Shown piece after piece: positions 11,341 through 24,917 of a stretch of DNA of 64,000 nt. The stretch's first letter is position 1. The number at the start of each line of letters is the position of its first letter. Both the position numbers and the translations under genes were made by a program. The DNA is from Plasmodiophora brassicae. Its lineage: Eukaryota. The stretch is taken from positions 1-64,000 of the forward strand of contig CP145410.1 in assembly GCA_036867785.1 (NCBI GenBank), in the 5' to 3' direction. A model generated the notes under the pieces. The model made no database searches. It saw only the letters and a list, made by a program, of their open reading frames with translations, and had not been told where the DNA came from.

Positions 11341-11881
11341 TGCCTGAGCACCGACCGTGGCCTCCGTTGCCGGGGTCGCCGGCCCCCCATTGCCGCATGC
11401 GATGACTGGCGCCCGCCGCCTGCTGCATTCGCCTGGGCGATCCACGAGCCGTGGACCCCGACCCGTGTCGGCTCTGTTCGACAGGGACCCGCCTACAGTG
11501 ATGACGTCATCGTCGCCCATATAAGTTGGGCAGGCCTCCACAGCAAACCCCGACCCGCAGTAGGCAGCGGGCGTTCCTGCGCAACGTGGACGCACAAGGA
11601 CCCGTGTGATGCTGGACGGCGCCGCCGCCGGCGATGCGCCGCGGTGCAGGCTGCACGCCGCCGACGGTTCTATTTTTGTCCTGGTTGCCGTTTGTAGTCA
11701 CGGGAAAGTGCGCAACGTCGGCGAGCGCGCGTTCCCGCAGGGTATTTTTGCGTCGCTCGACAGCCTCCGACCGGCCCTGCCCAACCGCACCGATTCAACG
11801 CAGGTATCCAGAGCGCGCGCGTGGCTCTGCGGGGCAGACGCTTCCGACCCGGCCAGACGTGCAGGCAGCAGCGCCTTAGTG

Positions 11882-13213
11882 ATGGGGCTCACCTGGCCCA
11901 AGGCCTGGCGCCATCGCACGTCGTCGCCGGGGAAGGCGCAGGCGGGGCGCCGGCGCACGAGCAAGGACGATTTCCTGGTCGGGCAGCGCCGCCGCACGGA
12001 GCAGCCCGACCCGCCTGGCAAAGTGTCTGTCGACGATTTCGAATTACTGTCCGTCATCGGCAAGGGATCGTTCGCCAAGGTCCTGCAGGTTCGCAAGGTC
12101 GACACTGGCAAGATCTACGCCATGAAGGTAACGCGTCGCGCCCGGTTGCCTGAGGGTCGCACACGAACCCAGACTGACCTGAGTGGGTGTGCCCAGATCC
12201 TGAACAAGCGCCAGATCGTGCAGCGGCGCCAGGTGGCGCACACGCGTACTGAGCGGAACGTGCTGGCGGATGTCGTCAAGGGGCACCCGTTCCTGGTCAC
12301 CCTTCGGTATGCGTTCCAGACGCCCGCCAAACTCTACCTCGTCCTGGACTATGTCAACGGCGGCGAGCTGTTCTACTGGTTGAAAGTGGAAGGACGATTC
12401 CAGGAGGATCGCGCCTGTTTCTACGCCGCCCAAATCGTCCTGGCGCTGGAGCACCTCCACCTGCAGGGCATCATTTACCGCGACCTGAAACCGGAGAATA
12501 TCCTTCTCGACCGGCGTGGGTACCTTCGCGTCACCGATTTCGGTCTGTCGAAGGTGCTGGAGCCGGGCGAGAAGACGTACTCGTTCGTTGGGGTAGGACC
12601 CACGTCCGCGGGCTGTTCATCGCTGCAAATGTCCCTAACGGTCGTACTGTGTTAGACGTCGGAATACCTGAGCCCCGAAGTTCTGCTCGGTCGCGGGTAT
12701 ACGCATGCGGTGGACTGGTGGAGCCTGGGGACGCTGCTCTTCGAAATGATGGCCGGCCTGCCCCCGTTCTATTCCAAGTCGACCAACGTCATGTACGATC
12801 AGATCCTGCATGGCGACATCCAGTTCCCGAAACAGTTTTCCCCGGACGCTGTTGACCTGTTGAAGGGCCTGCTGGAACGCGACCCGGACAAGCGCCTGGG
12901 GCATGACGGCGCCCAGGCCATCAAGGCGCATCCGTTCTTCGCGTCGATCGACTGGGCGGCGCTCTACGCCAAGGAACTTCCGGCGCCGTTCAAGCCGCCT
13001 GCCTGCAACGATCTCGACACGACCAACATCGACCGCGAGTTCACCATGGAGCGCCCGTGCGATTCCCCCTGCGACTGGCGGCCGCTCGGGCGGGCCAATT
13101 CCACATCCGACCCGTCGTCGAACAACTACCTGTTCGACGGCTTCACCTATGCTGAACATGGACTGGAAGGTGGCCCAAAGCGACCCATCAGTGCCTCCCT
13201 ACCTGACCGATAA
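11882..13213 (+). CDS. AGC Ser/Thr kinase (PKB/SGK/S6K-like), 3 exons
   Basis: GKGSFAKV, YAMK, YRDLKPEN, DFG, TYSFVG|TSEYLSPE, hydrophobic motif FDGFTY; introns 12128-12196 and 12593-12655. Confidence 0.95.
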
Positions 13214-13286
13214 CGATACAACCTTATTATTCTGTCGCTACCGCTGTGGATCCTCTCGGCCTGGGACACATACCGGCCCGCCGTGC

Positions 13287-14458
13287 TCATTGCTCCAGGA
13301 AAGGCATAGAGCGCTCCCTTTCCCGGTGACCTTGTCTGGCCCGTTCGAGTTCGTCGAGAGCACGCCTGATGCGATCCGGAACGGGAACGGCAGATCCGGT
13401 TGCACTGAGCGCTCGTTTCCACGTGCCTGATCCGACCGTCCCGCTGAACAGGTTCAGCAGCGGCATGATGAGCGGGACAATGCCTCCTCGCCGCGTCGCG
13501 CTCGACTTCAACTCCATGTCCACGAACTCAACGTAATCGAGAACCACACGAGCCCGACCCTCAACGTCATCGCTGGCATGTTCGTTGCTGGTACGCCGCC
13601 ACCTTCTCAACTGGTACGGGTCGTCGCGAACGCTCCTGCCGATCATGACGCCGTCCATATTGGCGTTGGCATGCGCTATGACGTGATCGTCCGTCAGATG
13701 CAGGCCGCCGTTGATGACAATCTGCAGGTCGGGGAAGTCGCGTTTCAGCCTGTGGACGACGTCGTAGCGTAGCGGCGGGATCGACCGATTGTCTTTGGGC
13801 GTGCGATTCAGCAGGGCAGTTCGGGCATGCACGACGAACCGCTGAACCCGGGCGCGACTGTGCACACGATCCACGAACGAGTGGATGAAGTCGTACGAGT
13901 CAAACTGGTCGACCCCGATCCGGCACTTGACCGATATAGGAACATCGACGCATGACGCCACCGTCTTGACAGTGTCGGCTACGTTGTCGTCCAGCATCAT
14001 GGCCGCCCCGAACCGACCCGACTGAACCGCTACCGATGGGCTGTATGACGATCGGCGTGTCAGTGACCGGCGCGTACCAGCGGCTGGACGCCCACGCTCA
14101 GGTCATTTACCAGCCGAGGTTTAGGTTGATTTCAGGGAACCGCCCAGTTTCCTGGCAGTGCTGGGCGGCTCGACAGAGGAGATCAGGGTCGGACCCACCG
14201 AGCTGGACCACGACTGGATCGTCGTCCGGCGTGCGGCGAAGCAGTCGGGCGCGACCCGCGGAATCGGCTTCAACGAGAGCGCGAGCACCGATCATTTCCG
14301 TGTACAGAACAGCTTCAGGATTCAGCAGGCGGCACAGGTGACGGAACGGCGCCGTCGTCACCTGCAGCAGAGCACGTGCGGTCAGTCGTTGCTCGACGGC
14401 AGCTCTGTGCAACAACGCGAACCTTCATCATGGGCGCGACATGGACCGGCAGCGTCAT
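13287..14458 (-). CDS. dusA: tRNA-dihydrouridine synthase, DusA type (3 exons)
   Basis: VAPMM, LYTEMI, QLGGSDP, EINLNLG|CPS, FGAAMM, VKCRIGVD, VHARTA, NRSIPPLRY, INGG, GVMIGR. Confidence 0.92.
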
Positions 14459-14714
14459 CTTACAGGCAGACGATGCACGTGGACAACCAGCATGGGCCTC
14501 CCGTGTGGGCACGTCGGTGTGTGACAGATCGCTCTGCTGGTGGCGGGCGGCGGCCGAAACCCCGTCACGGCCCACGCGGCGTTCGAGGTGTGCTCAGTGG
14601 CATTGCCTGACCCACGTGACGCTGGACAATGTCAATGCGACAAACAAGCGAGCGTTTGCGTCAAGCAAGTAGAAACACAGTGACATGACGGTGTATGCAT
14701 CAGCGAACGTCCTC

Positions 14715-17700
14715 CTATTGCCTATTGACCTGGTTGTTGTACAGTTCGGCGATCTGCTCAGAAGTCGTCGCATCCTCAGGGCGTTTGTCCGGCCGCACTT
14801 GAACGAAACGAGGGAACCGCAGGGCCACACCTTTGCTGTCGTGAACGATGCCGACAGCGGCCTTATGTGCAGGGCTAATAGAAATGTCTGCCGCTCTCAC
14901 TTCCCAAACCTTCCGACAACGCACCCTCAGATGACGCTATGCCCACCGGGTCGACAACGACGCGTACCTGGTGCCCGTCCAGCCACACATCCGGGACGTC
15001 CTTGTCGGAATACCGATAGTACGACCGGGGGACCTGACCATAGCGCGCGTTAGAACAAGCAGCAAGCAGATGAAAGGGCTACCACGCAGCACTGACCTCC
15101 AGAATATGGGGTTCCATGTCGGCAGTGAGTTTCTGCAGAACCTCGTCGGAGAATCTGAGGCACAACCATCAGCAGTGGCGACATCAAAGCCACAGAGGAG
15201 AGTACCCAGTTCCAATCTTGCAGACAGACTGAAACTCCTCGCTGTCCGCGTCGTACACAGCAAGCAGGTAGCCACCGTAACTTCCTGTCCGCTTCCCCTT
15301 GCCGTGATACGCTCCTAGATGGACATTCAGCGCGAGGTTCGTGAACGATTGCATAGGGCAGATCCCTGCATACCAATCGGGACAAGATCGAACGAATCCG
15401 TCAGACCTTCCAGGTAGTCCTTCTTCAACTTCCGCCAGGCATGGCTGCGCTTGTCGGGTTCATAGTGCGATAAAGCGGCATCGCCGTCCAGGCATTTGAC
15501 CATCAGTCCTTCACAGTTGTCGGCAACAGCTTCGTCCAGGAACGTCTGGATATCGGCTTCGTCCGAAGTGCGCTTCTCGATCACAAAACGCAGCTGGTCG
15601 TCAATCTCGGCCAAACATTCCCGCATCTTGGATCGTCGCTCGACTAACGGATAGTCCAGGAGCGACTATCAGGAAGTCAGTCCGAGAGACATTCGGGAAT
15701 ACGACGAAGAGCCGACCTCGCCGTTCAGGTATATGATGTCGAACACGAAGACACAGACGTCGACTTTGATGCTTTCTTCAGTGACATCCTTGCGTTTCCG
15801 CGTGGACAGGATCTATGGTCACAAAGTTGAGCTTATCGTGCTACACCTCATCAAGCCGGAGCGATCACCTGAAAGGGGCGAATTTTCCGTGTAAGACGGT
15901 CGAACGCGACAACCTCGCTGTCCAGAATACAGGACTTGACGACATCGGTTTTGAATGCGCGAGGTAGCATGGAGACAAGATCGGGGTACTTGTTCGTCGT
16001 GCACTCGGCGTTGCGGCTGAAAATCTGAACAGAGCCGTCGTCCAGGTAGTGGATCTGCGCACGCTCCCCGTCGTACTTGTACTCCAGAACGAACTCATGG
16101 CCCTCGAAATTCGACAGTACTTCCGAGATGGACTTGGAGGGAGCGGCAAGCATGGACTTGATCGGGATGCCGGGCGTTAGATAACAGTGCTCGCGCAGAT
16201 GCTCAACGCCATAGGCTAGAATTGCCGACACGATTTTGTCCAGGTTGGGCACTTCCACCCAGACGCGGTTAACGATCGACGTGGCAGTCTGTATGGCCCT
16301 ATAGCGACGGGTCAGTCACCTGCGCGAAACAGCGATGATCAGAAGGGCCATACGTTGACAGTTTGGTGTCACTCCAATGAAGGCTTCTGTCCAGGCGCGT
16401 CTCTTCCAGGGAGTTCAAAGGTTCGGATCGCTCCTCAGCTAAAGAGGGAACGCGCATGTCAACAGCAGCAGAGCAAATTTGAGGCGAGACAAACATACGT
16501 GTAAGCGGTGGCGTCACGGTGCATGCTCGCGCCAGCGACGGCAGAACAGTACGCAGAGAGCACCCGATCCTAGTGTTGCACCGATAAGGCCAGGACAAAC
16601 CGAAACGCCTGAAGCCTGCCTCCCTACCTGAGGTTGCCCTGAAACGACCGCGTAATGTATCGCGCCTCGCACTCGCGACTGCTGACGAGCAGCTGCTTGA
16701 TTGAGCCCATTTTCTTATCAGGTTTCTCGCTAGCAATTCTGCGAAACGTTGCCAGGAGTTTCATCACTGTCACAGGAGTCCATTAATTAAGCAGCCGCAA
16801 ATGAACGGTGTGGGGAGTACACATACCAGTGAGAGGTGGGGGCGGAAAGATCGTCCGCTGCGTAGAACGGCATCTTTCGGCAATGAGACCGAGATCACCA
16901 CTCTCTCTCAAATCTTGCTGTATAACTTTGGCAGAGCGCCCGGTACTAATGGGAAGTACCAAGCGGTCAGTCGCATTGCATACCCGATTGCATGCGCCAG
17001 TAACCTTGATGCAAGGACCTTAACAAGCAACCCATCGCCAACGCCAATCTCGAGGCCTTCGTAGTCTGGGCCCAACTGGTGCCGCCCACGCATATGTGAG
17101 CGGAAATACGATGATCGAGGATTAACAGAAACGGACCTTGTTAACGCACAGGTAGATGACGGCTGTCAGAGCGTCGGGTGTCTTGACTATGACAGATCGC
17201 AGGACTACATAGCAACGATACTCAGGCGAGCAGCAGGAAGCCGCTATGTAACGCAACCCGACAATTGGTTACAAGGTCGATCTTCGCCAAGCGGCTGCTT
17301 TCGTTCTCAAGCTTGTTGAAGAGGCGGGCCAGGTGAATGTACGGCAAGCTGTACGAGACGCGCAATTCGTTACGTTGCGCACATAGAGCGCAACAGCATG
17401 AATGGTTACTCTTTGCCTGCTGGCCAGTCCGCATCCGCGATGGGGTCGTATTTTGACCTAGAACCAGGAAGCGTCAGATCTACCTACACAAAGAGACACA
17501 CCTTGCCTACACGCGCACGGGTACAGAGCTTGCCGACAGCTCCTTCTTCGATGATACAGTGGACTTCCTCTTCGTCGTAGACGGTTCGACAGGAGAGTCG
17601 TCCTCAGACTCAACAACTTCATCTCCATCGCTGGCGACACCTGCACTGCCCTCGTCATCTATTTCACTGTCTGTTCGCTCCGCCGTTTGTAGATTGTCGG

Positions 17701-18338
17701 CCTGGAGATCATCAACTTAACAACCGGCATAAACTGGCAACACGATATACCTCTGCTCGCGCATCGCCACCGTCGTCATCGTCGGATTCAATTACGCGGC
17801 GTCTCAGCTTCTGACTGGTACAGCGTTAAACAATGAAACAACGTCGTCGGCTAGGGGTGTCGAGCAAACCCTTTGGCAGAAGACGTTTGCTCCGGATGAT
17901 CAGCAGGCGCGCCCTGAAGCCTATTGCACGCGACAATCAGCCAGCGGGTTAGTGACGGGTGCCCCTAACGACGATGACTTGGCCCGTTTCGGAGCAGGTT
18001 CTTCGACAGTGGCGTCTGGCTCTGATCGCTACTCATTACACGGATGATTAGCACCAGCCATCACAGAGCGGCATGTCAAACAGCGTACGTCGCCCGCGTT
18101 AATCGATACTGCCTTGGCCGAATCGTCACTACAGGTCTGTATAAGCACCCAGCTGTTGACGACTTCCTAGACGCGTTACATACGTGGCGGTATCTCCTTC
18201 AGCGCACTGCTCACTGGCGTTACCCTTTGCGCTGAAGAACGACCTGCACAACCATAAGCCGTGGCGGACGTTCCCCGCGTCGCTGGTCGCATACGCAAGG
18301 CTGGCCTGCTTCTTCTTCTTTGTTGCCGTCGTCGTCAT
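14715..18338 (-). CDS. LIG1: DNA ligase I, intron-rich
   Basis: [59 protein letters not shown]-terminal PIP box QASLA|SFF split by the first intron (ATG 18338). Confidence 0.93.
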
Positions 18339-18710
18339 CGGCGACCCCGCGCGCAAATCCCTCTGCCGCAAAATGGACCTCTTCTGGCTGCACGCCGATC
18401 TGCAGCCGCCCTCCGATGCGCATCCATACCGCCTGCTGTATGGCTGCTCTCGGCCGACAAACGCGATACCCCAGCGCGCTGTCATGGGTTGCCGTTTCCA
18501 TTCCTGAGTGCTGGCACATGTCTTCGACCGCTGCATCTTGTATTTCGCGAGGTCTCTGGCCGGGGACGTATAGGTCTCATCGACAGGGCCGCGGGTGCCG
18601 CCGACAAAATCCGCACCAAAATAGGCGGTGGTGGCCTTCGGGCGCTGGCGGCGGCCTGCCTCACCCCATCTGCGTCGTCGGCAGGCGCCCGGGGCAGCCG
18701 CGCGTCCGTC

Positions 18711-19945
18711 ATGTCGTTCAATTTCAGGGAACCGCTCAATGCGATCCAGTCCGATGTCGCCAACAAGGTCGCCGTCGTCGGCACTGCGGGCGCTCCGTCG
18801 CCACAGCTCTGATTCCGCCCATGCAGACCTGCGTCGATTGCGACCGGCCGAACCCGCAGTGGGCGTCCGTCTCCCATGGCACCTTCATCTGCATCGACTG
18901 CTCCGGTGTGCACCGGTCCCTGGGCGTGCACATATCGTTCGTTCGTTCCGTGACCATGGACTCGTGGAGCGAGAAGCAGATCAACATGCTGCGGCACGGC
19001 GGCAACGAACGCATGCGACGGTTCTTTCAGATGCAGAAATTCCCGCCTAACCTGTCCCAAGCCGTACGTCGGGTATGCGTCGCCTCCTCTACGCATCTGC
19101 CCTGACACGCGCCCCGCTTCCGTGGTTCACAGGAGAAATATGGGTCGACAGCAGCGGGCGCCTACAGGGACCGCCTAAAGGCATTGGCCGACGGCAGGGA
19201 TCCAGGCCCAGAGATTGCCTTTATTGGGTACGTGCCGCCGCCGGTAATGCAATCGGCACCGGCACAGTCGCAGTACATGGCGCCGCCTGCGTCGTCGTCC
19301 TCGTCCCCATACGTTGGCTACGGCAGCATGGGAAGCCAGTCGCGTGCGCCCGCGCCTCAGCCGTCTGGCGACCTCTGGGGGTCGGTCAGCAGCATGTTCA
19401 ACTCGGTGGTCGACACGTCGCGATCGCTGGCTGAAAAGTCGCAGCCGATGCTGACCGATGCCAGCAGCAAAGGATGGGCGGCGATGCAGTCGCTGTATTC
19501 GAAGGCGCAGGAGGTGTCGACGAACGTCATCGGCGGCACATCGTCCATGCCCGTGCTGCCGCGCGATGCTGACCGGCCGAAATCCACCTACCAAGGCATC
19601 TCGTCCGACGCGTACTACCAGTCGCAGCAGCAGTGAGATAGGGTGCCCTATGCAGTCCATGGCGACGGGTCGTAACTGTTCTGTTATGTACCTAGGCAGT
19701 CGGTCCAGCCCCAGCAACGGCAGCAGCAGCAGCAGGCGCAACAGATGGCCCCTCGAGTGTCGGATCCGATCCCCAGACCGTCATCAAAGCCGTTCGCAGG
19801 GTTCAACGATGACCAGCTGGTCGACGCGCCTGCAGCGTCAGCGCCGCGGAGAACGTCTCAGCCCAGGCCACAACCACCGGCAGCAGCACCGGCGAAGGCG
19901 GAGGCCAAGGTCGACGACTTTGACGAGTGGGGCTGGGATGACTGA
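18711..19945 (+). CDS. ArfGAP1/Gcs1-type ADP-ribosylation factor GAP (4 exons)
   Basis: CVDC..NPQWASVSHGTFICIDCSGVHRSLGVHISFVRSVTMD; C-terminal DDFDEWGWDD. Confidence 0.93.
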
Positions 19946-20154
19946 TTACTAAACTGTTCTATCCAATGCCAGTGCCCTGTCGTGACAGCATTGATCGTAC
20001 AGACGACGTGCAGTGGTGGCCGGCACCAGTTTTATTTGGAGTAGTATTCTGGAAGGCGGTACTACGACACTGACAGGGTGTTCGAGAGCGGCCCTCGCCG
20101 TCAGCGGCAACGCCCAGGTCGGCCGATTGAGCGCGTCGGCCGATTCGTGCCACG

Positions 20155-20998
20155 ATGGCGGAACTACCGCTTCGGCATCGGGAGCTGCAGGAGTCGCTGC
20201 AGGCGATCCGGGCGCAGCTCGATGGGGTGTCCACGATGAAGAAGGCCGACCAGAAGACCCAGGTCAGGACCGGTGGCATCGCCCGACGTCGACAGCACGA
20301 CTCTGACGGGTCGGCTGTCTGCGTATCGTCAGGCGGTCGTGGAGCTGGACGAGAAGGTGTCGAAGGCGAAACGGGACCTGAGGATGGTGGAGATGGAGAT
20401 TCGCGGCCTCGATACCGATCAGCGCACGATCTGGAAGGGACGCATTAAGAACGAGGTCGGCATGTTGAAGGACATAACGAGGTCGTGTGCGTTGCCGCGC
20501 GCGACACGCACCCGCGCTGACAGGTGCCGCCAGGGACCTGGAGTGGGCGCGAGGCACCGAGGGCGTCAGTATCGAGAAACCGAAGGATCCGCTGACGGTC
20601 ACCGAGGACGACCTGCTGAAACACGGCAAGAACCTGATGCAGGAGACGACCGAGTCGGCCGACACCGCCATCCGAATCCTGGAAGACACCAAAATCGTAC
20701 GCGCGCCAGAGCGCAGCGATCGTTCGACAGGTGCTGACAGCAGGACGGGTAACAGACCGGCCTGGAGACGGCCGCCAAACTGAAAGCGCAGACCGAGCAG
20801 CTGAACCGGATCCACGACGAGGCGTTCGAGATCGACGACACGCTGACGCGGGCGACCTTCATCGTCCGGCGCATGCTGAGACGCACGGCCACCGACAAGT
20901 ACATCTGGTGCATATCGCTCCTCATCCTGCTCTGCATCATCGCCATCATCGCCATGCGCATCGTCCTGCACCAACAGAACCGCATGACGTTCGGGTAG
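20155..20998 (+). CDS. Qb-SNARE (NPSN/VTI1-like), multi-exon
   Basis: Habc-like helices, SNARE helix GLETAAKLKAQTEQLNRI..IDDTL, TDKYIW followed by a C-terminal TM segment. Confidence 0.85.
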
Positions 20999-21420
20999 GT
21001 ACGGGTAGTCAGTAAACCTTGGCGTTCGCCCCCAGGACACGTCAACCCTAAGCGACGAGACACACCCGGATGATGCGCGGTCGTCATGGCCCGGGCGTGT
21101 ACGCGGCGTCGGACGGTGGTTGCGCGAGCCCGGAACCCTCTGGCGTTCGGCGGGCACCGGTCCCGTCAGTACACGATGATGACGGGACGGGCGTCCAGTC
21201 ACAGGTCGAATTCGACCAATCCGCGTCGAATTGCGGCCCGGCCCAACCTATAGGGGCGCCGTTGCCTGCGAAACGACGACGGTCGGGCCGGAACGTACGG
21301 CGCCGCGTCGTCGTTCGGCCTGTTATAGTGCAAGAAGTGCCGCGCCGGCGGTCACTCTCTGCACCGGCAGCGAGGGCTCGCCTCGTGCCCCTGCGCGACT
21401 CTAGTCACCGCACATCGCCC

Positions 21421-22044
21421 ATGACGCTCCCTCGTCGGACCGGGTACCACTGCGGGTTGGACCCGGGCCCGCTCGACCGGGACGCCATCCGTCGCCTGAT
21501 CGACAAGCCGCTGGACGGATGGTCGTCGAGCCAGGCGGTGCGGCCCGAGGCGCAGCGGTACCTGACGCAGCTGGTCGACCGGTACCACGAGGTGTGCAAT
21601 GACCTGCAGGCGCGCGCCGGCGATGTCCCGATCAGCGCCGTCGCAACGTGCATCGTGCGGATCCGGCGGCGGTTCGCGGAACTGTTCCAGCTGATGCTCG
21701 CCGAGGTGCTGCTGCACGACGCGCCGCCGTCGCCGCCCGCGCAACCGCTGTCGACGTCCGGCGCCGGCAACGTCATGAAGCGGTGGTTCCTGGCGAACCT
21801 GTCGCACCCGTACCCGACGAACCAGCAGAAGGAGGAGCTGGCGCGCGAGGCCGGCCTCACGTTCAACCAGGTCAACAACTGGTTCGTCAACGTGCGCATG
21901 CGCGTCTGGCGGCCGCTCGTCAAGAACTTCGGCTACGACATACGTTCCAGGCAGGAGGGCATCTTCCCGATGACGCGGACCCAGGAGTCCCTGCCGCCCG
22001 ATATCGTCAACGAAATCATCCAGGAGCTGCAGAAAGTCGACTGA
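21421..22044 (+). CDS. TALE-class homeodomain protein, BELL-like (TALE-A)
   Basis: VMKRWFLANLSHPYPTNQQKEELAREAGLTFNQVNNWFVNVRMRVWRP (PYP loop; BELL-like WFxNxRxRxWxP); upstream helices resemble the POX/BELL domain; start uncertain (ORF open from 21070). Confidence 0.92.
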   Translation: MTLPRRTGYHCGLDPGPLDRDAIRRLIDKPLDGWSSSQAVRPEAQRYLTQLVDRYHEVCNDLQARAGDVPISAVATCIVRIRRRFAELFQLMLAEVLLHDAPPSPPAQPLSTSGAGNVMKRWFLANLSHPYPTNQQKEELAREAGLTFNQVNNWFVNVRMRVWRPLVKNFGYDIRSRQEGIFPMTRTQESLPPDIVNEIIQELQKVD

Positions 22045-22375
22045 GTCGTGTACGAATAGATACAGAACAGGCACGCGCGCGTTATTTATCCATTGTCCAT
22101 GCGCCCATCGGGTGCACGCGTGTGGGCGGGCGATGCGGTATGCGGACGCGACGCTACGGTACGTGGCACACGGGCGGTGTCGCGTCGTCGCCCGCCATGT
22201 GTAGGTCCAGTCCAGTCCCGCCGCAGCCCGTTCGGGCACACCACGGTGCGCGCCAAAGAAATTGCGTAGGGCCGCCCAACCTACGCGGTGCCATCCGCTC
22301 GACGCTGCCGTCATCCGTCGTGCCGTACCCTGTCGTCCGTCCGCGCCCGCCTGTCGAGCGTGTGCCGCGGGCGTG

Positions 22376-24016
22376 ATGGGCGCCAACCAGTCCGACACGC
22401 GCAAGAAGGATCGCCGCCGGCAACGTGTCGTCGTCCATGATTCCGACCTCGAGGATGACGATGTCGTGGGCGTCTTCGCCAACGGCGACGGCAGCGTCGT
22501 CGCCTGCGCGTCGTCGTCGTCCGTTGCGGACCGCGACGAGAGCAGCACGCGTGACGACGATCGCGCGCTGACGATCCTGGGGTCGCGCATGCCGTCGTCC
22601 GCGCATACGATCCTGTCGCCGCCATCGTCGACCATGCTGACCGATGACGACATCGAGGAGATCGTGTCGATATACATGGGCCCGAGGCTGGTGACCACGA
22701 CCGGGACCATCACGCAGGTGGCGAACGAGGCCCTGTCGACGACGTCCGCATCGGCGACCGTGACGAGCGCGGCCATGGCGCTGTCGTCGGTGCAGCTCGA
22801 GCAGATGGTCATCGAGTCGGACAACTACTACGACGAGTGCGAACGACGGCTGTACGAGATGCCCAGGCCGACTGCGTCGGTCGCCGATCCGGCCCCGTTC
22901 ACCTGGCAGCGCGGTGAGCTGCTCGGGTCGGGCGCGTTCGGCTCCGTCTACCTGGCGCTGAACACGGACGAAGGCAAATGGTTCGCCGCCAAGCAGGTCG
23001 CCCTGTCGGTCGACGACGCCGACCGAGGCGACGACACGAACCAGTTCGTGCAGGCGCTCGTCCAGGAGATCGCCGTCCTGAAGACGCTGCAGCACGAGAA
23101 CATTGTCCAGTACTATGGCACAGAACGGACCGCCGACACGCTGAACAGTACGTACGCCCCCCTGCCGTCGCGTGTTGTACAGCCCGTCTGACCCGGTCTG
23201 CCGCGTATAGTTTTCCTCGAGTACGTCCCCGGCGGGTCGATCGCGTCGATCATCAAGCGGTTCGGGAAGTTCAACGAGAACCTGGTGCGCGTGTACACCC
23301 GGCAGATCCTGTACGGGCTCGAGTACCTGCACCGGCACCAGATCATGCACCGGGACATCAAGGGCGCCAACATCCTCGTCGACACGAACGGCGTCTGCAA
23401 GCTGGCGGATTTCGGCGCCGCCGCCCGCCTGGCCGACATCACGCAGGCGCAGCGCCGCGCCATCCACGGTACGCCCTACTGGATGGCGCCCGAGGTCATC
23501 AAGCAGGTCGGGCACGGCCGCCAGGCCGACATCTGGTCGGTCGGGTGCACGGTCATCGAGATGGTCACCGGCAAGCCGCCGTGGCATCAGTTCAAGACGC
23601 CCGTGGCCGCCCTGTTCCACATCGCGGGGACGACGTCGCCGCCGGCGCTCCCCGACGACCTGTCGCCGTCGCTGCGCGACTTCATCCTCAGCTGCATGCA
23701 TCGGGATCCGTCGAAGCGCCCGAACGCCATGCGCCTCCTGGAGCACCCGTACCTGAAGAACGGCGCGGACCCGCCGTCCGCAGCGACGCCGAGCTCGCCG
23801 GCGTCGGCGGAAGGCGACGCCGTTGCCGACCAGGCCAGGATCAGCGATTACCTGTCGGCGCGGCGCGCCTCCCACCTGGACTCGATGCGGCGCAGCCTGG
23901 TCACGAGGCAGGGGGCCGACGACGCCCCTGGCCCCGGCGACCTGTCGCACGACGTGGCGGGCGACCTGGCCGCCGACAGCTTCAGTCGAAGCCAGAGCAG
24001 GCGCCACTCGGAGTAG
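22376..24016 (+). CDS. MAP kinase kinase kinase (STE11/NPK1/MEKK family), 2 exons
   Basis: WQRGELLGSGAFGSVY, AAKQV, IFLEYVPGGSI, HRDIKGANIL, GTPYWMAPEV, DIWSVGCTVIEM; intron 23148-23210. Confidence 0.95.
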
Positions 24017-24076
24017 TAGATAGCATATCATCCCTGGATAAATTATTGGCTTGCGACGTTCAGTGTGCCGGGCGAC

Positions 24077-24720
24077 TATGGAATTGTTGTAATAAAGGGG
24101 TGTTTTTTACAAGCCTGTTTTTTACATGTAAAATACACCTCTCAGGAACCAACTTTACACTGTAAAATACAGGTAACGTAAGGGTTTCCCGATCCATCCC
24201 AGAGCCTTCGTTGTGCGTGCGTGTCGTCGTCGTCGGGGGCGAGCGGAATCACAAGTCCTGCAACCGCGTGCACTCCCGGCTACGCGCTCGACTATCGGGA
24301 TGCAACGTTGAGCAAGGAACTGGGATCGCATTCAAGTGCCCAGATGAATCGCCGTACAAAGATACGCGAGATGACCCCCTTCACACGTTGAACCGGGTCG
24401 CTTGGTTCGGAAGTACGTGACTTTGACGAAGAGCCAGACGATGATTCCGATGACGAAGACGTAACTTCGACTGGAGTTCGCAGGGTTCGTTGGCATTGCC
24501 GAGCCAGGCACACTTGCCGAGGCGATTTCGGGCACACATTTGTACCCAGTTGGTGACGAAGAGATCATCAAATCTGGTCAGGTTGTCAGGACCGTGACCA
24601 TGGTATGAAGGCGTACTGCGAGGGGGGCGCAACCCCCTGCTGTTTTAAACATGTTTTTTACGTGTAAAATACATGTATTTTACACTCCACCAGCCATTCT
24701 CTGTTTTTAACAATTCCATA
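24077..24720. mobile_element. 644-bp non-autonomous DNA transposon (hAT-like MITE)
   Basis: 12-bp TIR TATGGAATTGTT (24077-24088) / AACAATTCCATA (24709-24720); 8-bp TSD CGGGCGAC at 24069-24076 and 24721-24728; repeated subterminal TGTAAAATACA motifs; AT-rich ends. Confidence 0.9.
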
Positions 24721-24917
24721 CGGGCGACCCTGGGCTGGGTGGAGGACCCCTCCGCTGGCGCGCCCTTCGATCATTGCGCATCCCCCAGTCACTGGGAACG
24801 ATATCTCTGTGCCTGGCGGCGGCCCACAGCAGCCATATCCAGAGTCTGTGGTCCCGGTTCCTCTCACTCCTCCACGGAACGTCTTCCGTTCGGACGAGTT
24901 CGGTCATTCGCGCGTCC

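Noticed and set aside
10237-11697. 486-aa + strand ORF
   Set aside because: Antisense shadow of the ICMT gene
21352-24031. 490-aa and 625-aa - strand ORFs
   Set aside because: Antisense shadows of the GC3-rich TALE-A and MAPKKK genes
24211-24632. Short ORFs inside the MITE as a transposase
   Set aside because: No DDE or hAT dimerisation motif recognisable; at most a remnant
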